A DNA stretch of 64,000 nt from Macrostomum lignano (lineage: Eukaryota), in assembly GCA_002269645.1 (NCBI GenBank), contig NIVC01000712.1, forward strand, positions 186,001 to 250,000, read 5' to 3'. The notes beneath the pieces were generated by a model. That model was not told the DNA's origin and ran no database searches. It saw only the letters and a program-made list of their open reading frames with translations. Of this stretch, positions 48,954 to 64,000 are shown one piece after another. Position numbers and translations under genes: made by a program. Position 1 is the stretch's first letter. Each line of letters opens with the position of its first letter.

Positions 48954-50367
48954 TTGAAGTGTTTAAAATTTCCAAGTCATACAAAGATAGATTTTCTTGC
49001 TGCCCTATCAAGTATTTCTGCTGCATTAAATAGAGTCTTAGGAGGGAGAGGGATGAGGTTGAGAGGTCTTGTCAGACTTCCTCTCTGACAAAAGCTACGC
49101 TGCTTTCCAGTATCAGAGTCTACATCTGTTTGCACGCTATTGCTTGGGGGATGTAATTAACAGAAACGCGAAGCATTGCATGCATAAATAATCTCCCATG
49201 GAAAATGACTACTGCAATTTGCATATGCAGAGCTGCAGCTGCAATTTTGAAGGGAAGTCAATCCAACGGGGCAGAAAATTTCAAATAAGAGTTGATTACA
49301 AGCACGGTGAGCGCCAAAACACCCTCGGAATAAAATTAGCTCCAACAAAAATTGGACCTGCAGGGATAGGACAGAACAAGAAAGGGGACGATTAGGGATT
49401 CCACCTAATGAGCTTAAGTTGACAGGCCCTTATAATGACTTGGGAGCCTTAAATTTTGTCGACCTTAAAAGTTCTGTGTTGTGAATGTGCATGCTCCATG
49501 CTATTAGGTAATGTACGCGCACACATGTACATCTATCATCACAAGTACTTATGTGCTGGAATGCAGCCCGAACGAAAGCTCCGGATCAACAAACCGACTT
49601 TATTCAATAGCTTGTCACGGATTGACTAAAGACTGCCTAGACATCCCCTCCAGGTCCCTTGCACTTAGTGATCCGCGGCACTGCGACAAGTTATCGATTA
49701 CAGATTTCAAAATGAATTTCCGTACGTGCTGTATTGTTCCCAAGTGAAGCTTTTTTGCCAAGTACAGCTTCCTGGTGTCACTATGAGCAGAACGACGTGT
49801 CATTTGTGTACATACATGTGTAGGTTACTCGGGCTCCACTTTATGAGCTTAAGTTGGCAATCAGAGAAGCGACTAATTTAAAGAATATATCGTCCATATT
49901 GATGAACCTTCAGATCTGTCGTTCTATCAAGGTGCAGCTGAAAGTAATCATCTTTGCTTGGTCGCACAGTTGGTGGCGGAGATGCTGCTGATGACGCTGT
50001 GGGCATCTTATCGGCAAAGAGAGGCGTGCACTCGCCGTTTCGTCGACTTTTATGTACAACCTTTCCACGCCTATGCGTAACACTGTGAGGTTAATCAAGT
50101 GAAGTTGAATCAGTGTCCTGTTGTGCCAGCTACTCAAATATTCTTGAACAGTACTGTGCATGAAATTTTAATTCCCATCAGCGCTTCAGCGTTCACTTGA
50201 GCTAGTTTTTTCATTGTCGAAGCTACTCAACCGATGCAAAAGAAATCTAATACACTACTAACAATAGCATATTCAAACCATGAGTAGCCTTATTTAACAC
50301 CGCAAATTTAATGAAGATTTACTATTTTCATTCACCGAGTCCTACTGGTTCAACAGACCTCGGGCTA

Positions 50368-51685
50368 CGAGGGGTGATCAAAAAGTTCTGCAAGTGACCT
50401 CACAACTCTGTGCTACAGCAGCCGAGGCGTCTAATCAGTGTCACATTCCCTAAAAGTACTTTCCACCACTATCTATGCACCGTCGCATCCGTGTGCACCA
50501 TGTCTGAAAGCAGTCCTGGTACTCCGAAGTTGGTATGCCCTGTAGAGCTGAATGTACCGCTTGGGCAAGGTCTCGCATGCGTGAAAACGGCCTCCCAGAA
50601 ATGACGGATTTGATCCTCGGGAACAGCCAAAAGTCGCAAGGTGCTAGGTCTGGAGAGTAGGGTGGATGGGGCAGCAGCCGGACCCCCTGCTGCTCCAGGT
50701 ACGCCATGGTTGATGCCGCTCTGTGCGGTGCCGCATTGTCATGGTGCAGCAGGAGTCGAGGTCCATGCCTGGTTCGCGCACGTTCCTGCCGCTCCTGCAG
50801 CACGCCTGGCAGAACAGTGTCTGTGTAGTACCTGGCAGTCACTGTGGCACCCGCTGGAAGGATGTTCACCGATACAACACCCTGAGAGTTGAAAAAAATG
50901 GTGAACATCCGCTTCCGACTGCGGAATCCGGTCTTCAGCACCTCAGGCCTTGGCTCATCTTCTGCCAGCCAGACCATGTTGGACTGCTTATCCTTCATGG
51001 TAAAAGAAGGAGATCCAACATTCGTCTCCTGTGATGACATCCGACAGTCGTCGTGGGCCGTGGGGCTCAAAAATTTGCAGCCACAAGCGACAGATGCGCA
51101 CCCTCTCTGCTTGCTGCTCCGGAGTGAGAAGATGGGGTACCACCGAGCGCAGGTCTTTGTGCGGCCTAGTTGCTCATGCATGATGTTATGAGCACTTCCA
51201 CAGCTGACACCAAGCTCATAGGCAATGAATCTTAGCATAATGCTTCAATCCTCACGAATTATTGCATCGGCATGGGCCACGACATCTTCGGTCACGGATG
51301 TCCGGGGTCAGCCAGACCTCGGTTCATCGTTGAAGCTGTCCCAGCCTTCCAAGAAATGGCGCAGCCAGCGGGCAACCATGTCAAATGATGGAGCAGAGTC
51401 AGCTAAAACATTCACCAGATCGGTGTGAATCTCAGTCACTTTGCAACCAAGTTGCATGCACATAAAGATATAGAAGCGAACACTGTCTTTTGTTGTTTCC
51501 ATCAGCTACTGAAAACACATGGAAAATATATGGCTGTGAAATTTTACTGGAGCACATTTGGAAGCCAAAAATGCATATAAATATAGCAAACAGATACAGC
51601 TGCATATGGGTAAGTTTTTGGCTTTTCCCGATTCTATAACTAAAAGCTATAACAAAAGGTTGCAGAACTTTTTGATCACCCCTCG
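50368..51685 (-). mobile_element. Mariner transposon, full length (1318 bp), defective
   Basis: TIR CGAGGGGTGATCAAAAAGTTCTGCAA at both ends with TA TSD. Transposase 51502..50450 has HDNAAPH and YSPDLAPCDF (DD34D) but also two in-frame stops and frameshifts near the WVP motif. Confidence 0.95.
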
Positions 51686-52249
51686 TAATGTAAACTGCAC
51701 CACATATGACGTACTCCGGTCGGCATTGCAGAAGCCGCCAAGCTAAATTATATTTGGAACTATTTTTATCAACCAATTGCCCATATTAGGCAGAAGTGTA
51801 CGTCAATTTCTCGAAAAAATTCGGCGAGAAAAGAAAGTTGTTTGCTCATACTTAAACTACGCCAACTCCAAGCATGACGCTCCGTCTTAATCTCGATGAA
51901 ACGCTCAACTTTATGGCAATGTACTCACTGCGTGGCGCCCAGCCCCAGCATCATGCAGGACTGAGCCTAACTAAATGCTTTTTTCCATGGCTCTGTTTCT
52001 TTCTCTTTTCTTTCTCTTTTCAATTTCCTACCCCGCTTTGCTTCTCTCAGATTCATCTACGCTGTCCAAGTAAGCAGCTGCAGAGAATAGCTCTGCATAA
52101 AACAGGCCTCCTTACTCTCTGCTTCTCCCGAACAACTCACAGCTCACAAGCTACACAGAGAAAGAGTTACTCTCTGCCACCGTAAAATCCTGTCAGAACT
52201 CGACTGATTCGGAGGTTCACTCAGCTGTCTCGTCCACTCGCCAGCAACC

Positions 52250-53653
52250 ATGGCAGACATTTTCAAGCAGTTGTACAGCATTAACATTGTCAACTACATC
52301 GGAGTCGAGGACTTCTCAGACCGGTTGAACTTTCTCTACACAGCAACACTTCTCACGATTTGCTGCACGATAACAATCGGCAGAGGCTACGTCATGCACC
52401 CGATCAGCTGCTATTTGCCCAACACCTTCGGCAGCTATCACGAAGAGAAAGACATGAAAGGCCAGCTGGACTTCGTCAACAACTACTGCTGGTCCGAGGG
52501 TACGTACGCTGTGGATGTGAGAGAGTTCCACCTAGAGGGCACGTCAGATAGCGGCGGCCTCGAGCTGTACGCGGACAGGAAGATCAACTTCTACCAATGG
52601 GTGCCATTTGTGCTGGCGCTGCAGGGTCTGTGCTTCTACCTACCCAGAGTGATCTGGCACGCTGTGAGCTTCGGCCGGGCCGGCACCGACGTCGGACACA
52701 TTGTCAAGGTGGCGCGTGACGCGTCGCGCGCCGACGACAAGAAGCACGACCGATTGCTGAACCACGCCTGCCGCATGGTTGAGCAGATGCTGGACAGGCA
52801 GGCGAACAAAGCCCGACCGGACGACCAGAGCCAGCTTGAAGGCATCCGGCGGGCCTGCAATCGATGCCTAGCGATTGTCATGCCGACGCGTTTTGTTGGC
52901 AGCGGGCTTATATTTACCTACCTGCTAATCAAGCTGACTTACATTGGAAACGCAATCGGTCAGTTAGCTCTAATGCAGAACTTTTTGCAGCTGAATTCAA
53001 CTCGCTATAGTCTACTCGGCATTAAATTGCTTGACGACATCATCTGGGGCAAGGACTGGCACAATACTATCGTGTTTCCTAGAATAGGCTGTTGCGCAGT
53101 CTACCTTCGCTCCGCTGCTCGCGGTAACTGGCAGTTCTCGCAGTGCTCCCTGCCAGTCAATATGATCTACGAGAAAATCTACGTATTTCTATGGTTCTGG
53201 TTTATTTTCGTTGCGTTGGCAACCATTTTCAGTACAATATCCTGGATCTGGAGATTGTGCAATGCGGCTATGAGCAGCAGATTTGTGCGCAAGTACCTCA
53301 AGCTGGCCGACAACTACGAGGAGCTGAAGAAATCCGGTCAGGTGAAGGGCTTCGTTAGAAACTTTCTACGTCGAGACGGCGCCTTCCTAATGAAGATGAT
53401 CGCGCTGAATTGCGGTGATCTAATCTGCGCGGAGGTCATCCAGACGCTTTGGTTGCGCTACAAAAAAGCCAAAGGCTTCATAGCCCTGGATGAGGCCCAG
53501 CAGGAAAATCTCGAGAATGCGGTGCTGAAGCTCAGCTGCAAAAATTTGCCGCTGTCGACTGATAATAAGACTCGGCGTCGGTTTTTCCATCGTCAGCAGA
53601 GCCTACCGGTTAATTCGCTGTTCCGGCATGAGGAAGGCGACCCCAAAGCGTGA
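52250..53653 (+). CDS. inx: Innexin (intronless)
   Basis: EDFSDRLN, NNYCW, FYQWVPFVL, FPR..C and CSLPVNMIYEKIYVFLWFW; four TM segments. Confidence 0.95.
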   Translation: MADIFKQLYSINIVNYIGVEDFSDRLNFLYTATLLTICCTITIGRGYVMHPISCYLPNTFGSYHEEKDMKGQLDFVNNYCWSEGTYAVDVREFHLEGTSDSGGLELYADRKINFYQWVPFVLALQGLCFYLPRVIWHAVSFGRAGTDVGHIVKVARDASRADDKKHDRLLNHACRMVEQMLDRQANKARPDDQSQLEGIRRACNRCLAIVMPTRFVGSGLIFTYLLIKLTYIGNAIGQLALMQNFLQLNSTRYSLLGIKLLDDIIWGKDWHNTIVFPRIGCCAVYLRSAARGNWQFSQCSLPVNMIYEKIYVFLWFWFIFVALATIFSTISWIWRLCNAAMSSRFVRKYLKLADNYEELKKSGQVKGFVRNFLRRDGAFLMKMIALNCGDLICAEVIQTLWLRYKKAKGFIALDEAQQENLENAVLKLSCKNLPLSTDNKTRRRFFHRQQSLPVNSLFRHEEGDPKA

Positions 53654-55281
53654 GGGTTGACTGCATGTTTGCTGCGCCTACAGTTTCTCTCGAATAGTGC
53701 CTGGTTAACACTCAACAGTGACACCCGCGTTGTGAGCAGAGATCGACCTAACTAGCATGTTTTGAGAGCATTTCGTGGTTCTGACTTCATCTTTGGCTGT
53801 GTAGTATAGCTTTAACTGTTCTGTAAACATGTGTTTTAGCAAAATTCTTGTTTGGTTCTGAAATCTTACTCATACGAAATTAGTAAAATCACAAACTAAT
53901 TTGCAGATTTTCTTAGAAATAAAAAAAACGGTCCCTAAATCATTTGAATTTCATTTAAATGGCCCATAAAATTTTCGTTATTCTAACTTACCGCTTCTCT
54001 AACCCCGTTTTTCTTTACTTCTTTCAGATGTATTCAGATAACAATTCTTGATACAATACGGTTTCGTGTCGAATCTCTCAGATGTGCATTATTTTATTTA
54101 TTATTATTTACTTAGTAATCATTGTAAACAGTGTGTATAAACACATTTTGTGACTCATTTATAAAGACATTATTTCTGCCATAGAGCCTATATATTTTAA
54201 TGTGTTTGTTATGATGACAATCTGAAGTTTGATCATTATGCGCCTTTAGACTAAAGAGATGAAATATACATATGTAATCTATACATTTAATTTTTTTATA
54301 ATCAGAAATTATTAAATATTAAGAAGTGACGAAGCTGCACTTATTGTTGACAATACATTCACTTTTGCTGGTAGCAGTTCGGCGGAGTTCCTAAAGCATC
54401 TAGCTCGAAAAAGCCAGCCAAATGACTGCGAAATAGAGGACGGCAAAGTAAGCAGAGCTAGATCACGTCCTGCATTTGTCTGCAGGGTTCGGGACAAACC
54501 ACGCAACATAAGTGCACAAACGGTTGTTTAAACTTGGCTGGAATATAGGGTGCAGGGTGCCTATCGTAGCTACCGCTAGATTTCTTCCTTGTCTCTTGAT
54601 GTTTTCTTTCTTTTCACCTTTATCGTCACATGCATAGATTTTGGCGTCTAATATTTGAATTTGTTTGTTTTTTAATGAGGACGAAAGCTATAGCTGACTA
54701 GAATTAGTCCATGAGAATATTTCTATATTGTAGTCATTAACGAAGTCGTTGAAAAAACAACAACCAAAAGTTACTTCGATCTCGGAAAAAACAGAAACAT
54801 AAAATCAATGAGATTTAGTGGTACTCGAATGTCCAGAATCCAACATTGGAAAATTAATGTTTGTATTGAGATGTCGCATAAAACGATCTTATTGGACCGT
54901 AAGTATCAAAAAATTTACAATGAAAACGCTATTAGCTACATAGTCTATGACTTGTATTAAAAATATTACACACGACAATTATGGAAAATATTGTATGAAA
55001 ATATCAAGCTCGGGGCTACAGAAGTTTTAAAAAATTACGAGTGGTTTAATCATGGACTTCTATACTTAGCATGCTAAGTATAGAAGTCCATGGGTTTAAT
55101 ACAGAAATATATTCGGTAAAAGCACACATGCATTGGTGGCATAATAAGACTAATAAAGCTGTTGAAAACAAATGATCACATGAATGGACGATGACACAAG
55201 TCGAATCTTGCGTGACTAATGGAATCAACAAACCTGACTGAAAAAACGGACAAATAGTGTTAGCATACAGCGATCCATATT

Positions 55282-56763
55282 CTAAGTTGTCGTTGAAATG
55301 CTTCTCTGATAAATCAGCCTGCGCCGCTTCTGATTAGCGGACTTGTCTTCGACGTCCAATCCGATGTCTTCGTCGACTTCCGAAGCCGGGGGCGCCGAAG
55401 GCTCCGCCGGTGGTTGGTGTGTCACCGGCTGCAACAGCAGCTTCGGTTTCTTGACTCTGGCCTGTTCTGGCAGTCCAGCAGTGGAGATGACCACGAGGTT
55501 CTTGACTGAGACGCCTTGGTCTCCATGTGTCTCCTCGGCCTTGTGCACTCCGTTGGACCGCAGGAAGCGGATCCAGAGGCGGCGAAGAATTTCCGTGCAG
55601 GCCAGATCGCCGCAGTTTAGCGCAATCATTTTTAACAAAAAGGTGCCATCGTTTCTAAGAAACTCCAGTTCGAACTTCTTCAGCCAAGGATTGTTGCGCA
55701 ACTGGTTGTAGTTATCCGCCAGCTTGAGGTACTGCTTTACAAAGCTGCTGCGCCGGTGACCATGGCTGTAAATGCGAACAACCCAGACGAGAATGCTAAT
55801 TGCTGTGGCCGAAGCTACAAATACCATCCAGAACCACAGGAAGATGTAGATCTTCTCATTGATCATGTTGATTGGAAGGGCGCACTGCGACATCTGCCAG
55901 TTGCCGACGCCAGCCGTTTTCATGTAGACAGCGCACGATCCTACTCTCGGGAACACCATGCTGTTCTCCCAGTAAATTCCGCTGCTCAGGTCGCCAAGAA
56001 GTCTCAGTCCGAAGAGTCCGTACTCAGTGTTGTTTAGATTCAAGAATCTTTGCATGATGACCAGCTGGCAGGAGGCGTTGATAAAGTACAGCGTTTTGAT
56101 GGCGAGGTAGCTGCATATGATCGTATTGCCTTGCGGCTGAGTTGACAGTACCAGGCCAAACCGGTTTAGCGCCAGTTGTTGGACTGACCTCAGAGCCGAG
56201 TAATGGCTAAACTGATGACTGCGACTGAGTAGCTGCTCAAGCCTTGCACAGGCGTGCTGCATCAACTTGTTGTGCTTCTCCCTATCGGCCTGGATAGCGT
56301 CGCGAACTGTGCGCACGATGTGAGCAACGTCCGTACCGGAGCGCTGATTAGTGATGAAGTTCCACAGCACGCGGGGCAAGTAGAACATGATGCACTGCAC
56401 GCCCAGCACCAAGGGCACCCATTGGTAGTAGGTGATTCGCTTGTCCCGGTAGCGGCCCAGTCCGCCGTCCTTTTGCGTGGCGTCGATGCTGAACTGTCTC
56501 GGGTGGACGGCAAACGTGCCCTCCGTCCAGCAATAGTTGTTCACAAACAGTTCTTGACCTGCTGTGCCAGAGCCAAACATGTTCGGTATGTAGCAGGCCA
56601 GCGGGTGAAAGACGTAGGTTCGAACTGTGACCACCGAACAACATACTAGAAGTACGGTGACAGTAAACAGAAAATTTAATCGGTCAGGGAAATCCTCGAG
56701 TCCGATGTAGTTGAAGGCTTTCGGCAGAGCCTTGTACTGGTTGATGAGCTCGTTTGCCACCAT
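55282..56763 (-). CDS. inx: Innexin (intronless)
   Basis: EDFPDRLN, NNYCW, YYQWVPLVL, FPRVGSC and CALPINMINEKIYIFLWFW. Confidence 0.95.
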   Translation of the reverse strand: MVANELINQYKALPKAFNYIGLEDFPDRLNFLFTVTVLLVCCSVVTVRTYVFHPLACYIPNMFGSGTAGQELFVNNYCWTEGTFAVHPRQFSIDATQKDGGLGRYRDKRITYYQWVPLVLGVQCIMFYLPRVLWNFITNQRSGTDVAHIVRTVRDAIQADREKHNKLMQHACARLEQLLSRSHQFSHYSALRSVQQLALNRFGLVLSTQPQGNTIICSYLAIKTLYFINASCQLVIMQRFLNLNNTEYGLFGLRLLGDLSSGIYWENSMVFPRVGSCAVYMKTAGVGNWQMSQCALPINMINEKIYIFLWFWMVFVASATAISILVWVVRIYSHGHRRSSFVKQYLKLADNYNQLRNNPWLKKFELEFLRNDGTFLLKMIALNCGDLACTEILRRLWIRFLRSNGVHKAEETHGDQGVSVKNLVVISTAGLPEQARVKKPKLLLQPVTHQPPAEPSAPPASEVDEDIGLDVEDKSANQKRRRLIYQRSISTTT

Positions 56764-57766
56764 TTTGAGGCAAAAGGCTTGCTATTCTCGATCGGCTGAA
56801 GCTGAAATGGTTTTAAAGTATGAGTTTATGTATCACTGTGGCACGATCGAGCGTTTCTCGCTTAATACTGTCTAGTGGCCAATGGATGGTTCGACAAGGC
56901 GACCAAATTCTCGGGACAAGCTGGAAGAAAAACTGAGGAAAGGGGGAGAGGGGAGAGATCTCTACGTATGGAGGCTTTCCCAATGCACGCACACTTTGGT
57001 AATCCCAAAATTTACAACACTGGGGGGGAGGGGCAGTCAGCCTGCATTGCTGTACAGTCAACACAAATAGCGGGACGAACGAACGTTCCTTAGAGGGTAG
57101 AGAAGGTTAAATCGATTGTACACTCGGAAAGGAAAAAGTATCAGTTGCTATCTTTATACGCATTCTTATCGTGTATTAACATAATATAGCTGCTTCCTAT
57201 ATGCTCTAAAATAGCTTGTCAGCTGAAAATACCATTCTCGCGCATGTATTCACATAAATGATGCATTGCAAATTACAGAGATATAATACTTACACAGAAA
57301 TAAATATTACAGGCACTTAGTTGCAAGATACACGCAGAAATACAAAAATTCTTGGATACTTTCGGACTGTAAGAGTCAATAAAAAATGAAACATGCAAAA
57401 AATTATGAGAATACATCTGACAAATGGCACATGTGATACATGCAATCTGTGCGATATTTCTCAAAAGAAAGATACTGTAGAGCAAACTGTATTTACAAAC
57501 TTACTGAAAGTAAAAGTTCAGAAAGTTTCTCACGGGACTGCTGTACCATCTTTGACCTTTTTTATTCACTCTAATATAAAGTTACGAGTACATGCAGCTT
57601 ATTCACCCAGTTCAATCTCATCCTCGGAGTGACCGAAGTTCTCTGAAATTGCCGATTCAATTCTGACAATGCTGCTAGACACTAGGTAGCTCAATGATTA
57701 TGCCAAACTGATGGAAGACCGACATTTCACTGCCATTGCGGTATTCGACTGCCGACATTTTAGGCT

Positions 57767-57809
57767 AGGGTTAGGGTGGGGTTAGGGTGGGGTTAGGGTG
57801 GGGTTAGGG
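57767..57809 (+). repeat. (TTAGGGTGGGG)n telomere-like G-rich repeat
   Basis: AGGGTTAGGGTGGGGTTAGGGTGGGGTTAGGGTGGGGTTAGGG. Confidence 0.9.
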
Positions 57810-57999
57810 TCAAATCTTCTCTACATGAAGTATATGGTGATATTTGAATTGTGGCAGTGATATAGGGCCAGTCTAAACCCGATAGCATAAGCTGGATAAA
57901 ATGGATAAAAAGATGAACGATGGCTCAAACGTCATAAAAGTCACTGTCACTTCGAGTTACACGTTTCTTCGGCGACTGTTTCTCATCCTGATGCCGCAG

Positions 58000-62062
<4,063 letters not shown>

Positions 62063-63427
62063 GCTTGGGCTTCGATGCGTGCGAGGTTTTGGCCGTGTCT
62101 TTGCTCTGTATTTTTGCTAGTACACAATTTGATAGTAGAAATAATATTTGCCGTTGGCTTGGTGCTGTCTAATGCTGCAGTTCTACTTGACTGGCAGGGG
62201 CTCTAGCGCTTTTAATAACGCGCGAATGGAGGGTTAGGGTGGGAGTGAAGAGAATAGAGGCAGAGAGAAGCACAGGGTCACAGGCTGTGCACACAAAGAA
62301 CTTGCCTGCCCGTTAGCTTGTGAGATCCACGCAACCAACCTATGTCGCAAAAAAATACGCACAAAGCAATGGCCGTCTGGCCTCATTCGTTCCGTTGCAT
62401 TCGAGCACAATATACTCGTAGGCGTTAATAAAGGCGACCAAATGATGCAGACAGACTCGCAATTTAGTCAAAGGCACAGGACACTTTTTTATAATTTGTG
62501 CTCCGTTTAAAACAACAATTTATTTAACGTTACACAGAATACATCCAAATAAGGAAGCGGTGCAGGGAGCCCTATATACTTGTATTGGTTGGCTGATGGG
62601 TACATTTATCGCAAGACAAGATACCTTATGGAGGTACGCAGAACAGTTTTAACAGTTTAAAGACAGCTCGAGAAAACGAATGAAAGACAATGCTAATGCC
62701 GTATGTACAGTCAGTACATTTGCGCATCAAACTTACGTTAGGCTCGCTAGAGCAGAATGCGAGATTAACGCTTTTGGAAAATAAAATCTCGAAGCCAGAG
62801 AGCTCAAACTGACAGTCACGTGCTCATATCTTATTAAGCACGGTCAGGAAAATTTCACATGGTTACTCCAATCTGGCAACCAAAATTACAAATCTGCCAA
62901 TCTTTCTGCAGCTGGGGGTTCAATCTGGGTTATCAACTGCTAACAGGGTGCAACTTCCGTGCACTGAGCATCAACGCATAAGAGAAGCTATAAAAATAAT
63001 AATATCGTCTTGAATGAACACACAGCCATGGCAATACTGTCGCAAGTGAGTCTTATCTGCTTGTTTCAGTTGCCAGATAAAGTGTTTAAGTGTTCGGAGC
63101 AGCCCTATCTAATAGCTAGCTAAAATGTGCATATCGCACTTACAGCGTCAATAAATATATTAATTCAGCCATTCAGTTACTTTATTAGGTGAATTAAACT
63201 ATAAGCTTCTACGCTCGTAAGTGTCAATTGCTAGTCAGTGTAATTTAGTACCCCCTAATTGATAGTAAGCTTTCTAAGTTAGTAAGCCTTTAGGTGTGCA
63301 CTGATAGTGTCTGTGGCTTTGTTAGCTGAAAAAATAGCTGACACTACATGTCGCAATTAGCGACCCCGTTGGGGTGGCAACAAAGACTGAAACAATTTTT
63401 TTTTAATAAACTACACGTAGCTTCTGA

Positions 63428-63668
63428 CCTCTCAGCAATTCCCCGTAAGCCTTGACATCTCAGAAATTCCCCCCATAAGCCTTGACAACTCAGCAATTCC
63501 CCCGTAAGCCTTGACATCTCAGCAATTCCCCCCAAGCCTTGACATCTCAGCAATTCCCCCAAGCCTTGACATCTCCGCAATCCCCCCGTAAGCCTTGACA
63601 TCTCAGCAATTCCCCCCAAGCCTTGACATCTCAGCAATTCCCCCGTAAGCCTTGACATCTCAGCAATT
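63428..63668. repeat. 27-29-bp minisatellite
   Basis: CAGCAATTCCCCCGTAAGCCTTGACATCT variants. Confidence 0.92.
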
Positions 63669-64000
63669 TATGTTTGACATGACGCTTATTTTAGTTTTGA
63701 TTTGACGCTTCTGTTATTTTTGAAACATTTGGAGCGTTTTTTTTCCAGCACCATCAACTTAATTGGCATTTCTCAAAAGATGCTGAAACTCTTCTGTAAC
63801 TCTCTTCACGATCTTGTAGCAGATATTCTTCCCAGAGAGTTGATGTTGCTGTCAACTCGCAACGCAACAGGATCGGTGAAAATTTCTCGCCTACTTAAAA
63901 ATCAATTCATTAAAGCACTTGAGGAGAGTAGAAGCTGTATTGCACTGCCAATGGCTTGGGATGCAAGCAGGTGCTGAAGACTCAGACAGCCTGTCAGTCG

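Overview
Eukaryotic (metazoan) genomic DNA: GC-richer exons in AT-rich, minisatellite-packed non-coding DNA. The gene set and repeat load suggest an invertebrate, possibly a flatworm (inference only). Most long ORFs in the track are artefacts of tandem repeats. Spliced genes reconstructed by eye with phase-consistent GT-AG junctions: TAF8, a CaRF-like protein with an AT-hook, type I PIP5K, a minus-strand coiled-coil protein, a secreted PAN-like plus fibrinogen-domain protein, and an innexin. Unspliced genes: a solitary replication-type histone H2A, two more innexins, and a low-complexity gene with two truncated tandem copies. Mobile DNA: a tRNA-derived SINE, hAT-type elements with 8-bp TSDs, a 4.1-kb foldback element with a 9-bp TSD, a MITE, and a decayed mariner. 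Most unusual observations: (1) about ten orphan histone 3' stem-loops, five in a regular intronic array; (2) a miniature LTR-like element whose whole interior is a copy of a CCA-tailed tRNA-Ser with a change at position 58; (3) a 28S rRNA fragment inside a hAT element.
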